Shown here: positions 7,498 through 17,218 of the stretch, in pieces | Numbering within the stretch: position 1 is the stretch's first letter | Layout: each line of letters begins with the position of its first letter | NCBI GenBank assembly: GCA_036387915.1 | Contig: DASVSV010000315.1 | Coordinates: 1-60,062 of the forward strand | Reading direction: 5' to 3' | Origin: Thermoanaerobaculia bacterium | GTDB lineage: Bacteria > Acidobacteriota > Thermoanaerobaculia > Gp7-AA8 | DNA: 60,062 nucleotides | Translations under genes and position numbers: made by a program | Notes under the pieces: model-generated | The model's database searches: none | What the model was told of the DNA's origin: nothing | Seen by the model: only the letters and a program-made list of their open reading frames with translations

Positions 7498-9627
7498 ATG
7501 AGACCGGCGGCGCTCCTTCTCGTTCTCCTTCTCGCGTCCTCTCTTTCCGGCCAGACCTCATGCATCCCGCAGCTCGACGCACCGCGCGAGTACGCGGCTC
7601 CCGGGCCGTGGCGCCTGGACGCGGTGGACCTCGATGCGGACGGAAATCCCGACGTCGTTTCCTCCGGCCAGTTCGAGGTGTCGGTGCTGTACGGGCGCGG
7701 GGAGACGCTGGAGCCGGCGGTGATGCTGATCGAAGGAGGCGTCTGGTGGCTCATCGAGGACGTCGACGCCGACGCGCGTCCCGACGTCGTGGCCACCCGC
7801 TACGAGCAGAGCACCGACACGGACGTGACCTTCCTGCTCCGCAACCTCGGCGAGCGCCGCTTCGCCGCGCCGGAAGAGCTCGCGCGCGAAAAGCGCGGCG
7901 TGGTGCAGGCGGTCGCAGACTTTACGAACGACGGCAGTCCGGATGTTCTCATTCCGCGGACGGGACGGGCGTCGTTGCTGCTCGTCAACGACGGCCGCGG
8001 CCACTTCATCTCGCTCGAGAGCACGATGCTCATCGCCGAGCGCATCGAGACCGTCGCCGACATCAACGGCGACGGCAATCTCGATCTCGTCCACACGCCG
8101 GCCGCGTTCCGGCTGACGATCTCGCTCGGCGACGGGACGGGCGCGTTTCCGGCGCAGCAGACGCGCGTCTTCAGCACCGAGCTCACGCCGGCCGCCGCGG
8201 ACCTCAACGCGGACGGCCGCAGTGACCTCCTGGCTGCGCTCTGGTCGTGGGGACAGGTCGAGATCTACCTCGACTCCGCCGCCCCGAAGCCGACGTCCAG
8301 AGTCAACGCCGGCCTGCCGCGCAGCGTGACACCAGGAGACTTCAACGGCGACGGCGCGCTCGACCTGGCGGTGCTGACCGAAAGCACGAACGTCACCGGC
8401 CAGTACCAGTACGCGGCGCCGCGCGTGATGATCTTTCTCAACAACGGCGACGGCGGTCTGGCGCGCTCGCGCGACGTGCTGATCGGGTTCTCTCAGACGT
8501 TTTCGCCGGGTCTCCATGTGGTGACGGCCGACTTTAACGGCGACGGCGCGCTCGATCTCGTGGTGCCGGCCAGCGAGGGGAGCGTCGGACTCGTGTTCGG
8601 CCGCGGCGACGGCACGTTCGAGACGCCGCGCGTCCTGCAGGCGCGACGCCTGGAGGCAGTGGCGATGGCGGTCGATCTCGACGGCGACGGCATCGACGAG
8701 GTGATCAACCGCGGCCTCGCCGTCGGCTGGCTGAACGCCGCCGGCACGTACGACTTCGAGCCGCTGCCGGGGGTGCACTTCGCCATCGGCGACGTCGACT
8801 CGCGCGGCACGCGCACGATCGTCATCGCCGACGTCGATCGCATTCGCGTGCTCTCGCGCACGGCACCGCGCGTCTGGGAGGAAGTGTCGACGATCATCAC
8901 CGGCGCCGGCCAGTTCCTGGCGCTGGCGACGGGCGACGTCACGGGCGACGGACGGCGCGAGCTCTTCGTCGTGACGCAGGACACCACATCAGGAGCGCGG
9001 CTGCGCATCTACGACGCCTCGGGCAATCTGCTCGACACGCGCACGCTGGTGCAGCCGATGTCCTCCGGCTACTCGCTGAGCATCGTCGACATCAACCACG
9101 ACGCCAAGAACGACCTCGTCCTGACGCGCCACGGCTCGATCGCGCCGATCCATCACGATCCGGACCCGATCGACGGTTACCTCGACGCGCTCCTCGGCCG
9201 CGGCGACGGCACGTTCGACGCTCCGCGGCGCATCCTCGACAACACACGTCTCGGCCAGCCGCTGACCGGCGACTACAACGGCGACGGATACGTCGATCTG
9301 GCGACGGACACGCGCGTGCTCTTCGGCGACGGCACCGGCGGGTTCAGGGTGCAGGAGATTCCGTTCTACGCCAGCCTCGCCTACGACCTCAATCGCGACG
9401 GCATCACCGACCTGCTCTCCGGCACCGCGATCCGGCAGGGCACGCGCGGCGGCACGTTCGTGCACCGCGGCACGTACATGTTCGGCGCGAGCCTGAACGG
9501 ACTGGTCATCGCGCGCCGCACAATCAACGGTCCGCTCACGCTCCTCGGCTCGATGGACCTCGAAGGCGAGATCATCGCGGCCGACTTTACCTGCGCCACC
9601 CCCCGCCGCCGCACCGCGCGGCGGTAG
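7498..9627 (+). CDS. Secreted FG-GAP/VCBS repeat protein (integrin-alpha-like beta-propeller)
   Basis: Signal peptide MRPAALLLVLLLASSLSG. At least 10 Ca-binding-like repeats of the form D(F/L/I)NGDG.(L/P)D(L/V). Confidence 0.85.
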   Translation: MRPAALLLVLLLASSLSGQTSCIPQLDAPREYAAPGPWRLDAVDLDADGNPDVVSSGQFEVSVLYGRGETLEPAVMLIEGGVWWLIEDVDADARPDVVATRYEQSTDTDVTFLLRNLGERRFAAPEELAREKRGVVQAVADFTNDGSPDVLIPRTGRASLLLVNDGRGHFISLESTMLIAERIETVADINGDGNLDLVHTPAAFRLTISLGDGTGAFPAQQTRVFSTELTPAAADLNADGRSDLLAALWSWGQVEIYLDSAAPKPTSRVNAGLPRSVTPGDFNGDGALDLAVLTESTNVTGQYQYAAPRVMIFLNNGDGGLARSRDVLIGFSQTFSPGLHVVTADFNGDGALDLVVPASEGSVGLVFGRGDGTFETPRVLQARRLEAVAMAVDLDGDGIDEVINRGLAVGWLNAAGTYDFEPLPGVHFAIGDVDSRGTRTIVIADVDRIRVLSRTAPRVWEEVSTIITGAGQFLALATGDVTGDGRRELFVVTQDTTSGARLRIYDASGNLLDTRTLVQPMSSGYSLSIVDINHDAKNDLVLTRHGSIAPIHHDPDPIDGYLDALLGRGDGTFDAPRRILDNTRLGQPLTGDYNGDGYVDLATDTRVLFGDGTGGFRVQEIPFYASLAYDLNRDGITDLLSGTAIRQGTRGGTFVHRGTYMFGASLNGLVIARRTINGPLTLLGSMDLEGEIIAADFTCATPRRRTARR

Positions 9628-9761
9628 GGAGCGCGGGCCCGCGTATCAGCAACGCATGACGCGACGCAGCAAGAGTACGCGCGACACGCCTCCGCCGAAG
9701 CCTCCGTGCGACCGTGCCGACTATCGCCCGCTACGCGGGCTGGAGGTTTGGGTGTCGTGTT

Positions 9762-9782
9762 CCCCCGGCTGGAAGCCGGGGG
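9762..9782. repeat. Mini-hairpin CCCCCGGCT-GGA-AGCCGGGGG; shares the core CCGGCTGGAAGCCGG with the repeat at 48733-48779
   Basis: 9-bp stem with a 3-nt loop, read directly. It may also terminate the FG-GAP gene, but there is no clear U-tract. Confidence 0.6.
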
Positions 9783-9871
9783 CTATTGTCTTTGCGTGCT
9801 ACGCACGCGTTGCTCCGCGCTTAACAAGACCATTCGGAGTGCGCCCGCGCTCCGCTGTGTAAACTCCTCCC

Positions 9872-10405
9872 GTGCGACTCGAACGTTCCTCCTCCGTGCT
9901 CCTGATCATCGACGTGCAGGAGCGGCTGATGCCGGTGATGCATGAGCGGGCCGAGGTGGAGGGGAACATCGAGCGGCTGATCCGCGGGGCGCATGTCCTC
10001 GGCGTGCCGGTGATCGTCAGTGAGCAGTATGTGAAGGGGCTGGGGCGGACCGTGGAGCCGTTGCGGATGGCGCTCGAGGAAACAGGCGCATATCAGCCGG
10101 TCGAGAAAATCTGCTTCTCGGCCGCGGCTCAGCTCGATGCGCTCGAACGGCGACAGGTGCTCGTCGCCGGAGTCGAGGCGCATGTGTGCGTCTACCAGAC
10201 CGCGAGTGACCTGCTGGCGCGAGGGCTCTCCGTCACCCTCCTCGCAGACGCCATCACCTCGCGCAGCGCACACAACAAAAGCATCGCCATCCAGCGGCTG
10301 GTCAGCGACGGTGCGAAGCTGAGCTCGACGGAGATGGCGCTCTTCGAGCTCCTCGGCGCGGCTGGCACCGATGAATTTCGCGCGATCTCGAAAATCGTCA
10401 AATAG
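9872..10405 (+). CDS. Isochorismatase-family cysteine hydrolase
   Basis: VLLIIDVQERL near the N-terminus and VLVAGVEAHVCVYQTASDL containing the catalytic Cys. GTG start. Confidence 0.8.
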   Translation: MRLERSSSVLLIIDVQERLMPVMHERAEVEGNIERLIRGAHVLGVPVIVSEQYVKGLGRTVEPLRMALEETGAYQPVEKICFSAAAQLDALERRQVLVAGVEAHVCVYQTASDLLARGLSVTLLADAITSRSAHNKSIAIQRLVSDGAKLSSTEMALFELLGAAGTDEFRAISKIVK

Positions 10406-10461
10406 CGGCGCGCGCCTTGCTCTTCAAATAACTGATGTGAGAGGGCGTGGCGGCCGCATCA

Positions 10462-10890
10462 ATGAGACTCGAAAAACGGATCCTTGTCGTCGATGACGAC
10501 GATGCAATCAGAGCGCTCCTCCGGACTGTGCTGCGGCGGCGGGGGTTCACCGTCGACGTGGCGCGTAACGGCATCGACGCACTCGAGCAGCTGGTTGCGA
10601 ACCGCTACGCCCTGGTCGTGCTCGACCTGATGATGCCGCGCATGAGCGGCTACGAGCTGCTCGACCACCTCGGAGGCCAGTCGATCATGACCCGGCCGCG
10701 CGTGCTCGTCCTCACCGCCGGGACGGAGTCGCGCACGTTCGACACGGAGCTCGTCGTCGGCATGGTCCACAAACCGTTCGACGTCGACCTGCTCATCGAC
10801 ATCGTCACAGCATGCCTGGACGCCGCCCCCGAGGCTCAGCCGCCGGCGGTCGCGGACGAGGTGGCCCTTCCCGAATCACGGCCGAACTGA
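10462..10890 (+). CDS. Receiver-only (CheY-like) response regulator
   Basis: ILVVDDDD acidic pocket, phospho-acceptor VLDLMMP, VLVLTA and a conserved K in HKPF. There is no output domain. An alternative GTG start lies at 10447. Confidence 0.85.
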   Translation: MRLEKRILVVDDDDAIRALLRTVLRRRGFTVDVARNGIDALEQLVANRYALVVLDLMMPRMSGYELLDHLGGQSIMTRPRVLVLTAGTESRTFDTELVVGMVHKPFDVDLLIDIVTACLDAAPEAQPPAVADEVALPESRPN

Positions 10891-10931
10891 CCCTTCGACA
10901 GTAGGCACGCCTTTTGAGATTTACCGGGAAT

Positions 10932-11381
10932 ATGAGTAGCAGTGAACCGAGAGTCCTCATCGTCGAAAACAACGACGCTCTCCGGGCGATGTTGTTTACG
11001 ATTCTCCGCCACCAGCCCGTCGAGGTCGACACGGCCGTTTCGGCCGCGGACGCCCTCAAGAAAGTGCTGACCTGTGACTACGCGCTCATCGTCCTGGACA
11101 TGGACATGAGCGATGCCGGCGAGTTCCTGACCCGCTTCCGCGACGAGCGCCCCGAGGCGACTTCGTTCGTGCTGGCGGTCCGGGATGCGCGGAATGAAGA
11201 GTTTCTCGACCCGGAGATCGTCTCCGCAGTCCTCAACAAACCCCTCGAGATCGACACGGTGGCGGAGCTGGTGCGCGAGTGCGCGCTGGTGGTGCCGCTG
11301 CCGGAAGACCCGCTCCCATGCCCGCCCGCGGAAACCGAAATCCGCACGCGCCTGGAACGCGGACCGTACATTGCGAACTGA
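10932..11381 (+). CDS. Receiver-like single-domain protein with a divergent acidic pocket
   Basis: VLIVENND replaces the usual DD pair. VLDMDM and NKPL are retained. There is no output domain. An alternative start lies at 10914. Confidence 0.7.
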   Translation: MSSSEPRVLIVENNDALRAMLFTILRHQPVEVDTAVSAADALKKVLTCDYALIVLDMDMSDAGEFLTRFRDERPEATSFVLAVRDARNEEFLDPEIVSAVLNKPLEIDTVAELVRECALVVPLPEDPLPCPPAETEIRTRLERGPYIAN

Positions 11382-11387
11382 CGCGTC

Positions 11388-11654
11388 ATGATCGAGGTCA
11401 TCGGGTGGGGCAGCTCGCTGATCCTCATCGCCACGATCGCCAAGCAGGTCCACAAACAGTGGCACGACCGTACGAGCGCGGGCGTCTCGACATGGCTTTT
11501 CGTCGGACAACTGGCGGCTTCGGTCGGCTTCACGATCTACAGCCTGCTGGTCAAGAACTGGGTCTTCGCCGTGACGAACGGGATCATGGTCGTCAACGGC
11601 CTGCTCGGCTACGCCATCACGGTGCGTCAGAAACGTGGTAAATCGCGCGCGTGA
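11388..11654 (+). CDS. 3-TM PQ-loop superfamily protein (SemiSWEET-like or LAB_N-like), 88 aa
   Basis: Three hydrophobic helices and a KQ.HKQW segment after TM1, where PQ-loop proteins carry the PQ motif. The size is typical of SemiSWEET. Confidence 0.45.
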   Translation: MIEVIGWGSSLILIATIAKQVHKQWHDRTSAGVSTWLFVGQLAASVGFTIYSLLVKNWVFAVTNGIMVVNGLLGYAITVRQKRGKSRA

Positions 11655-12499
11655 ACGAGCGACGCCTCGGGCTTCTGTACATCGTCGGCGCGGCGCTGCT
11701 CTGGTCGACCGGCGGCATCGGCATCAAGGGTGTGGCCGACGCGCCGCTGAAAGTGACGTTCTACCGCTCCGTCTTCGCGGCCATCACGCTGTTCATCCTC
11801 TTTCGGCGCGACGTGCGCGTGCGTCCGACCGCGTCGTTCCTCGCCGCCATCGTCAGCTACGGGGCGTGCCTGACGGCGTTCGTCGTGGCGACGAAGTGGA
11901 CCACCGCGGCGAACGCGATCTTCCTGCAATACGCCGGCGTGGTCTGGGTGCTGCTGCTCTCGCCGGTCGTGCTGCGCGAGCCGATGCGCTCGCGCGACGC
12001 GATCGCCATCGGCGGCGCACTGGGCGGCATGGCGCTCTTCTTCCTCGGCAAGTTCGAGACGCAGGGGATGGCCGGCAACGGCATGGCCCTGCTCTCGAGC
12101 GTCTTCTTCGCCGCGCTCATTCTGTCGCTGCGGCGCGAGCAGGCTTCCTCGCGTGCCGCGGTGACGTGGGGCAACGTGTTCACCGCCGTGGCGCTCTTTC
12201 CGTTCGTGATGAACGACCTCGCCCTGACCACGAAATCGCTGCTGGCCTTCATCTTTCTCGGCGTCTTTCAGATCGGCTTCGCGTACGCGCTGTTCGTGAA
12301 GGGACTGCAGTACGTGACGGCCACGCAGGCCTCGCTGACGGGGATGCTGGAGCCGGTCGCGAACCCGGTCTGGGTGCTGCTCTTTCTCGGCGAGAAGCCC
12401 TCGATTTACGCGATCGTGGGCGCCGCGATCGTACTGCTGGCAATCGGCTGGCATACGTTGCGGGGAGAGCCGGCCACAGACATGCCGGCGCCAGACTGA
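11651..12499 (+). CDS. EamA/DMT-family transporter
   Basis: About 10 TM helices and two EamA-like halves (LLWSTGGIGIK ...). The GTG start overlaps the upstream stop (GTGA). Confidence 0.8.
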   Translation: MNERRLGLLYIVGAALLWSTGGIGIKGVADAPLKVTFYRSVFAAITLFILFRRDVRVRPTASFLAAIVSYGACLTAFVVATKWTTAANAIFLQYAGVVWVLLLSPVVLREPMRSRDAIAIGGALGGMALFFLGKFETQGMAGNGMALLSSVFFAALILSLRREQASSRAAVTWGNVFTAVALFPFVMNDLALTTKSLLAFIFLGVFQIGFAYALFVKGLQYVTATQASLTGMLEPVANPVWVLLFLGEKPSIYAIVGAAIVLLAIGWHTLRGEPATDMPAPD

Positions 12500-12501
12500 A
12501 C

Positions 12502-13872
12502 ATGCCGACAACTCTCATCGAGCCAGCGACCGGCGAGCCGCTCACCGACGTCGCCCAGCACACGACCGACGACCTCGACCGCGCCGTGCGCGGCGCCCAT
12601 CGCGCGTTCACCGGCGAGTGGCGAAACATCAACACGCGCAAGCGCGGGCAACTGCTGAACCGCTTCGCGGCGCTCATTCGCGAGAACGCCGACGAGCTGG
12701 CGCGGCTCGAGTCGCGCAACGTCGGCAAACCGATCCGCGACTCGCGCGACGAAGTCGGTCTCGCCGCGAACGTGTTCGAGTACTACGCCGGCGCCACGAA
12801 CAAGGTCGGCGGCCAGACCATCCCCGGCGCGGCCCCCGGCGTGCTGATGTCGTTCCGCGAGCCGGTCGGCGTCTGCGGGATCATCGTCCCGTGGAACTTC
12901 CCCGTCGCCATCACGGCGTGGAAGACCGCACCCGCGCTGGCCATGGGCAACACGGTCGTGCTCAAGCCCGCCGAGCAGACGCCACTCACCGCCGTGCGGC
13001 TCGCCGAGCTCGCGCTCGAAGCCGGGATCCCCGAGGGGGTGTTCACCGTGGTGACCGGCTCGGGATCGGTGATCGGCGAGGCGCTCGTGAAGCATCCCCT
13101 GATTCGCAAAATCGCGTTCACCGGCTCGACGGAAGTGGGCATGAACGTGATGCGGCTCGCGGCGGACGACATCAAACGCGTCTCGCTGGAGCTGGGCGGC
13201 AAGTCGGCGAACCTCATCTTCGACGACGCCGATTTCGACAAGGCCGTGGCCTCGGCCGCATCGAGCGCGCTCGGCAACGCGGGACAGGACTGCTGCGCGC
13301 GGTCACGCATCCTCGTGCAGCAATCGATCTACGACCGCTTCTCGAAAGCGCTGGTGGAGCAGTTCTCCGCGACGAAGGTCGGCGATCCGCTCGACGATGC
13401 GACGGAGATGGGACCGCTCGTCACCGCCGCGCATCGCGAGCGCGTCATGAAGTACGTCGATGCCGGCCGCTCGGAAGGAGCGACGCTCGCCTGCGGCGGC
13501 AACGCCACGCAGCACGCGTTCCTCGAGCCGACGATCTTCCTCGACGCGAAGAAGGACATGACCATCGTGCGCGAGGAGATCTTCGGACCGGTCGTCGCGG
13601 TGATGCCGTTCCGCGACGAGGCGGAGGCGATCGAGCTGGCCAATGACTCGACGTACGGCTTGTCAGGCTCGATCTTCACGCGCGACATCAGCCGGGCCAT
13701 GCGCGTCGCGCGCGCGGTGGAGACGGGCAATCTCTCGATCAACTCCGGCAGCAGCGTGCATCTCGAGGCGCCGTTCGGCGGCGTGAAGCGCAGTGGCCTC
13801 GGGCGCGAGCTCGGGCTGCAGGCGCTCGACCATTACACCGAGTGGAAGACGGTTTACATCGACGTGACGTGA
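12502..13872 (+). CDS. NAD(P)-dependent aldehyde dehydrogenase (PuuC/betaine-aldehyde dehydrogenase-like)
   Basis: VPWNFP, FTGSTEVG, the ELGGKS catalytic Glu region, the GQDCCA catalytic Cys and EEIFGPV. Confidence 0.9.
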   Translation: MPTTLIEPATGEPLTDVAQHTTDDLDRAVRGAHRAFTGEWRNINTRKRGQLLNRFAALIRENADELARLESRNVGKPIRDSRDEVGLAANVFEYYAGATNKVGGQTIPGAAPGVLMSFREPVGVCGIIVPWNFPVAITAWKTAPALAMGNTVVLKPAEQTPLTAVRLAELALEAGIPEGVFTVVTGSGSVIGEALVKHPLIRKIAFTGSTEVGMNVMRLAADDIKRVSLELGGKSANLIFDDADFDKAVASAASSALGNAGQDCCARSRILVQQSIYDRFSKALVEQFSATKVGDPLDDATEMGPLVTAAHRERVMKYVDAGRSEGATLACGGNATQHAFLEPTIFLDAKKDMTIVREEIFGPVVAVMPFRDEAEAIELANDSTYGLSGSIFTRDISRAMRVARAVETGNLSINSGSSVHLEAPFGGVKRSGLGRELGLQALDHYTEWKTVYIDVT

Positions 13873-13877
13873 AATGC

Positions 13878-13973
13878 AGTTCCTCGGAGTTCCTCGGGTT
13901 TCCTCGGAGTTCCTCGGGGAACCTGATCAGGAACTCCGAGGAACTCCGAGGAACCCGAGGAACCCGAGGAACT
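13878..13973. repeat. Hairpin built from tandem about 10-nt units: 4 x (A/G)(G/T)TTCCTCGG, a loop, then 5 inverted GGAAC(T)CCGA units
   Basis: Left arm 13878-13919 and right arm 13930-13973, read directly. It fills the spacer between the ALDH stop (13872) and the GS-like start (13979). Confidence 0.9.
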
Positions 13974-13978
13974 CAGCA

Positions 13979-15340
13979 ATGCAGGGACGAATCGACGTAG
14001 AAGAGCTCAAGCGAATGGTCGCGAACGACGAGATCGACACGATCCTGGTCGTCTTCCCCGACATGTACGGCCGCCTGGTCGGCAAGCGCATCGTGGCCCG
14101 GTTCTTCCTCGAACAGAGCGAGATCCACGCGTGCGATTACCTGCTCGCGTGCGACATGGACATGGACCCGGTGCCGGGCTACCAGTTCACGTCGTGGGCG
14201 AAGGGATACGGCGACTTCCGTCCCGTGCCGGACTTCAACACCATGCGCGTGGCGTCGTGGCTCGACAAGACCGCGCTGGTGATCTGCGACGTGTACGAGG
14301 AGGAGGCCGAGGGGCTGGTGCCTTACGCGCCGCGCGGCATTCTCCGCAAACAACTCGCACGCGCCGCGGAGCGCGGCTACACGGCCATGGGCGCGTCGGA
14401 GCTGGAGCTGTACGTGTTCAAGGATTCGTATGAGGACGTGGCGAAGAAGAGCTTCGTCAACCTCGAGCCGATCGGCCGCCTGATCGAGGATTACCACATC
14501 TTCCAGGGCACCAAGGAAGAGCACCTCATCGGCGCGATCCGCCGTCACCTCGAGCGCTCCGGCGTGCCGGTAGAGTCGTCGAAAGGCGAATGGGGGCCGG
14601 GGCAGCAGGAGATCGGCCTGCGCTACGCCGACCTGCTGGAGATGGCGGACCGCCACACGATCTACAAGCACGCGGCGAAGGAGATCGCCTGGCAGCAGGG
14701 GCACGCGGTGACGTTCATGGCCAAGTGGGACGAACGCTACGCCGGCTCGAGCTGCCACATTCACATGAGTCTCTGGAACGGCGACGAACCGCTCTTCAAG
14801 GGCGACGAGAATCTCGGCCCCATCAAGTGCTCGCCCCTCTTCCGCTGGTTCCTCGGCGGCTGGATGGCGCACATCCGCGAGCTGTTCCCGTTCTACGCGC
14901 CGTACCCGTCGTCGTACAAACGCTATGTGCCGGGCTCGTTCGCGCCGACCGGCATCGCCTGGAGCTACGACAACCGCACCGCCGGCTTCCGCATCGTCGG
15001 CCACGGCTCCTCGCTCCGCATCGAGTGCCGCACCGCCGGCGCGGACGCAAACGTCTACCTCGCCTTCGCCGCCACGCTGGCGGCGGGCCTCGACGGCATC
15101 GAGAAGAAGACCGAGCCGCCCCCCGCCTTCGAAGGCGACGTCTACGGCGCGCTGGAACTACCCCAGGTCCCCCACTCGCTCAACGAAGCGATCGTGGAAC
15201 TGGACAAGAGCCAGTTCGCCCGCGAAGTCCTCGGCGAAGAAGTCGTCGAGCACTACCTCCACTTCTTCCGCACCGAACAACGCAAGTTCGACGCGGTAGT
15301 GACGGACTGGGAGCGGCGCCGCTACTTCGAGCAGGCTTAG
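13979..15340 (+). CDS. Glutamine synthetase-family ligase (gamma-glutamyl-polyamine/putrescine synthetase-like, GlnA3/PuuA type)
   Basis: GS catalytic-domain motifs (KGEWGPGQQEI, SSCHIHMSLW, NRTAGFRI). The start was set at MQGRIDVEEL because the longer ORF N-terminus is repeat-encoded. Confidence 0.85.
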   Translation: MQGRIDVEELKRMVANDEIDTILVVFPDMYGRLVGKRIVARFFLEQSEIHACDYLLACDMDMDPVPGYQFTSWAKGYGDFRPVPDFNTMRVASWLDKTALVICDVYEEEAEGLVPYAPRGILRKQLARAAERGYTAMGASELELYVFKDSYEDVAKKSFVNLEPIGRLIEDYHIFQGTKEEHLIGAIRRHLERSGVPVESSKGEWGPGQQEIGLRYADLLEMADRHTIYKHAAKEIAWQQGHAVTFMAKWDERYAGSSCHIHMSLWNGDEPLFKGDENLGPIKCSPLFRWFLGGWMAHIRELFPFYAPYPSSYKRYVPGSFAPTGIAWSYDNRTAGFRIVGHGSSLRIECRTAGADANVYLAFAATLAAGLDGIEKKTEPPPAFEGDVYGALELPQVPHSLNEAIVELDKSQFAREVLGEEVVEHYLHFFRTEQRKFDAVVTDWERRRYFEQA

Positions 15341-15466
15341 GACTCCATTCGCTAACTTCGGTACAGAGCGCGTGAGCGCCGCGGTGTCGGGATGCGAGGC
15401 GGAGCGACGAGGCGATGCCGGGACCGTTCGGAGACGACGCGACTATCGCGCGCGCGACGATCGCGG

Positions 15467-17041
15467 TCACGGACGTGCCTCCGGTCCGCGAGGCTTCGCC
15501 GGCTCGACGATCATGTCGTCATCGTCGTCGTCAGGCGCCTCAGCGGCCGGGGACAACTTCAGCAGCAGCTTCGCGTCCGACTCGGGGAGCTCCTGGACGT
15601 CGCGCAGCTTGCGCGAAACGACGCGCGTGCGTGTTGCCAGAGCATCCATCTGATTGCGTGCGGTCTCGAGGTTCTTATTGACCTTCTCGATGACACCACC
15701 GAACTTCGTGAACTCCGTCTTCACCGCCTCGAGCAGCCGCCACACTTCGCTCGAGCGTTTCTCGACGGCGAGCGTGCGGAAGCCCATCTGCAGGCTGCTC
15801 AGGATCGCGGTGAGAGTGGTCGGGCCGGCGATCAGGACGCCCTGCTCGCGCTGGATCTGCTCGGCCAGTCCGGGGCGCCGCAGCACCTCGGCATACAAGC
15901 CTTCCGTCGGCAGGAACAGGATCGCGAAATCTGTGGTAACCGGCGGATTCACATACTTTTCGCGAATGGTCTTCGCGGAGTTGCGGACCGATGTCTCGAG
16001 CCGCCGTCCCGCCGCCTCGACCGCCTCGGCGTCACCGCATTCGTGCGCGTCGATGAGGTGCTGGTAATCCTCGACGGGGAACTTTGCGTCGAGCGGCAGG
16101 AGCAGCGGCACCTCCCCCTTTCCGGGGAACTTCACCGCGAACTCAACCGCGTCACGGCCGGCGTCCTTCGTCACCACGTTGCGCTCGTACTGCTCGGGCG
16201 AGAGCATCTGTTCGAGGAGCGACTCGAGCTGAACCTCGCCCCACCCGCCGCGGCTTTTCACGTTCGAGAGGACCTTCTTCAGGTCGCCGACGCCGGTGGC
16301 GAGGGACTGCATCTCGCCGAGGCCGCGGTGCACTTCTTCGAGACGCTGGGTGACGAGCGCGAACGACTCGCCGAGACGTTGCGTGAGCGTCCCCTGCAGC
16401 TTCTCGTCGACCGTGGCGCGCATTTCCTGCAGCTCGCGCGTGTTGCTCGCCGCGATCTCCTTGAGTCGCTCGTCCACCGTGCGGCGAACGTCCGCAATGC
16501 GCAGCTCGTTCGACTCCGTGAGCTTCTCGACCTGCGCGCGAACGGCTTCAAGATCCTGCCGCTGGGTTGTCCCGTGCGCGGTGACGGCGGAGACCACGGT
16601 CTCGTTGAATGCGTCCAGCCGGCGCGCGATCTCCTCACGCTGTGCACGCCGGTTTTCCGCCGCTTCGGTTCGCATGGCCTCATGTTGCTCAACGAGCTTC
16701 ATCAGCAGCGACTCGCGCCCCGCTGCCGCACCGTTCGCCGCATCGCCCAGCAGGCGGCGGATGTCCTCGGTGAAGCGGTCGAACCGCTCGCGCTCCAGAG
16801 TCGCGGCGTCTCTGGCCGCGTTCTGCAGCACGGTGCCGAGCGTGCCGACGAGAGTCGTCACCTCCTGCCTCAAGGCCGTCGCCGCGACACCTGCTTCTTC
16901 GCGCGAGCGCACCGCCTCCTCGGCCACCAGCCGGCGGATCGCACCATCGTCCGCCGAAGCCGGCCGGCGCATCACCATCCACAGCAACACCACGAGCGAG
17001 GCAACCGCCGCCACGGCGGAAACGACTGAGAGCGCAAGCAT
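15467..17041 (-). CDS. rmuC: DNA recombination protein RmuC
   Basis: N-terminal TM, long coiled coil and an RmuC nuclease-like C-terminal domain (SRGGWGEVQLESLLE...DAKFP...DFAILFLPTEGLY). GGAGG lies upstream of the ATG at 17041. Confidence 0.85.
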   Translation of the reverse strand: MLALSVVSAVAAVASLVVLLWMVMRRPASADDGAIRRLVAEEAVRSREEAGVAATALRQEVTTLVGTLGTVLQNAARDAATLERERFDRFTEDIRRLLGDAANGAAAGRESLLMKLVEQHEAMRTEAAENRRAQREEIARRLDAFNETVVSAVTAHGTTQRQDLEAVRAQVEKLTESNELRIADVRRTVDERLKEIAASNTRELQEMRATVDEKLQGTLTQRLGESFALVTQRLEEVHRGLGEMQSLATGVGDLKKVLSNVKSRGGWGEVQLESLLEQMLSPEQYERNVVTKDAGRDAVEFAVKFPGKGEVPLLLPLDAKFPVEDYQHLIDAHECGDAEAVEAAGRRLETSVRNSAKTIREKYVNPPVTTDFAILFLPTEGLYAEVLRRPGLAEQIQREQGVLIAGPTTLTAILSSLQMGFRTLAVEKRSSEVWRLLEAVKTEFTKFGGVIEKVNKNLETARNQMDALATRTRVVSRKLRDVQELPESDAKLLLKLSPAAEAPDDDDDDMIVEPAKPRGPEARP

Positions 17042-17218
17042 CGGGAGGTCCTCCGCAATCGAAGACTCGGTTGCGGACGTCTTGTGGCGCTGCTGCCCAC
17101 AATCTGCTGGCGACGGCGTTTCACGGCGCACGCAGAACACATTCGCCGGCGAACCGCGTGCACCGGACGGCCGCTGGCGACGAGTTGCTGCTGGTGGCTC
17201 GGCGCTGGTGGGGCCCCC

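Noticed and set aside
13874-13978. N-terminal extension MQFLGVPRVSSEFLGEPDQELRGTPRNPRNPRNSA of the GS-like ORF.
   Set aside because: It is the literal translation of the 10-nt tandem/inverted repeat. The conserved GS-like sequence begins at the internal ATG at 13979.
15341-15466. Convergent gap between the GS-like gene and rmuC, examined for a terminator.
   Set aside because: No convincing stem-loop with a U-tract could be identified by eye.
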